NCBI GenBank assembly: GCA_043228905.1 | Contig: JBHGNT010000013.1 | Coordinates: 930,001-994,000, forward strand | DNA: 64,000 nucleotides | DNA from: Azolla caroliniana | Taxonomy: Eukaryota > Plantae > Polypodiophyta | Reading direction: 5' to 3' | In this document: piece after piece, positions 62,793-64,000 of the stretch | Layout of the letters: the number at the start of each line of letters is the position of its first letter | Position numbering within the stretch: the stretch's first letter is position 1 | Notes under the pieces: generated by a model | What the model was told of the DNA's origin: nothing | The model's database searches: none | What the model saw: only the letters and a program-made list of their open reading frames with translations | Program-made: the position numbers and the translations under genes

Positions 62793-63662
62793 TCAAGCTC
62801 GATCAATTTCCATCAGCATAGGATCATTGAACGATGTTGATGGAGAAGATATCGCAGTCACTTGGGGTTGTACCATAGGTTTAACGTGGAGAAACAGCGA
62901 CAACTTGGAAGTCGCCTGTTCCTCTTGTCGAAGTTCAAAAAGGTGGTTGTCACAAATGACTGCTTGCTTGATGGATTGCGATAATGAAGTTGACTCCGAG
63001 AAGTTTAGTAGTAGATTCTTAACATCACTTTGAAGGCCCCGAAAAAAATTGTCGCAAAGGGCTTGGTCATCCCATTGAACATCACATGCCAATTGTCTAA
63101 ATTCAGATGCATAAACAGACACTGGACGCTTACCTTGATGTAATGAATAGATTTTGGTTAGGCTTGTTTGACGCCGATCTGTATCCCCAAATGTCGCCTT
63201 GAACGCTTCTAGGAAACCAGGAAAATTGTCAAGAAGTGGCAATGATGTTTCAACCAAAGGTGCAAACCAGCTTTGTGCAACTCTCGAGAGGAGAGTCCCA
63301 ATGAGGCCAACTTGGCAAAAATCATTCGCATATCTTTGGGGTTGTAGCTGGATAATAAGCTTGATTTGATTTATGAACCCCCGGAATCGTGCCCTTGTGC
63401 CATCGAACTTGTCAGGTAAACTAACATTGGGTTCTATAGTTGAAGTGGGGTGAAGAGGAATTGGAGCAAGGATTGACGAGGGGCCAAGCTCTACAGATTG
63501 GAGATTCCTTGATGTAGGAGGGCACTTGGGTTCTTCATTCTCCAATTTCATTGGAGTCCTAGCTTGGAGTTTCTGGAGAGATTCCCGACGATTCTCATTT
63601 TCAAGTTGAAGTTGATGCATGGTTGCCAATAGTTGATTTATGTTCTCGGTAGAATCTGACAT
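62793..63662 (-). pseudogene. gag of element A
   Basis: MSDSTEN...PDKFDGTR...LHQGKRPVSVYASEFRQLA. Confidence 0.85.
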
Positions 63663-64000
63663 GATGAGGCTTTGGAGATGGAAGGTGAACAAACTGTCAC
63701 GAACAAGTAGATGAGGCTCAATACTAAGAGAGAGAGAGAGAGAGATCATAGACAAGATAATAAGAAAGAGAGAGAGAAAGTAGTCAAAAGAACAAGAACT
63801 GAATTATGATTCCGTAACTGGTGTTGTTCACCTTGACTAAGGCCAAGGTGAACCCAATATTTATATATGTTTATGGGCTCTAAATGTGGCCCCATGCAAA
63901 GACTCATTTTTATGCACAAGCTTCTAGAATGTTCTAGCTTTTGGAGCTTTCTTGAAGCTTCTAAAATCCTACATGTAGAATAGATAACTATAATAATCTA

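Larger units (their letters stand above)
43617..64000 (-). mobile_element. Element A: chromoviral (Tcn1/Tf1-like) Ty3/gypsy; 3' LTR 43617-43999, 5' LTR from 63695 (cut by window end); split in RT by element B
   Basis: gag 63662-62793 (LPDKFDG), protease LLDS, RT ([16 protein letters not shown]|G...YLDDIL), RNase H (VETDAS), INT (SMDFITDLP, HPQTDGQTER), chromodomain (EEYEVDKILDSR..LQY..WKGY); matching LTRs; PPT GCAGGGGGATAA. Confidence 0.95.

Overview
Plant nuclear DNA, most likely from a seed-free vascular plant such as a fern (inferred from the gene and TE repertoire, not proven). The first ~14 kb is genic: the first four coding exons of MRE11 (minus strand, with a Ty1/copia element in the intron after exon 4), a divergent intronless sterol C24-methyltransferase SMT2, a degraded plastid 23S rRNA fragment and a two-exon group-3 LEA gene. 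The remaining ~50 kb is a retrotransposon pile. It holds a 5'-truncated RTE/RTEX-like LINE with a long open ORF, several decayed copia elements and solo LTRs, and a four-element nest at 43.6-64 kb. In the nest, an apparently self-priming chromoviral Ty3/gypsy element (A) contains a tRNA-Trp-primed Ty3/gypsy element (B). B in turn contains a related element (C) and a 1-kb non-coding element with inverted termini and a tRNA-like Pol III cassette (D). B, C and D all have 4-bp CpG-centred TSDs and TGTCGTGAAGA termini. B and C have a conserved GGATTTTTAG -1 frameshift signal between protease and RT. In C a telomeric (TTTAGGG)2 filler has destroyed the protease active site.
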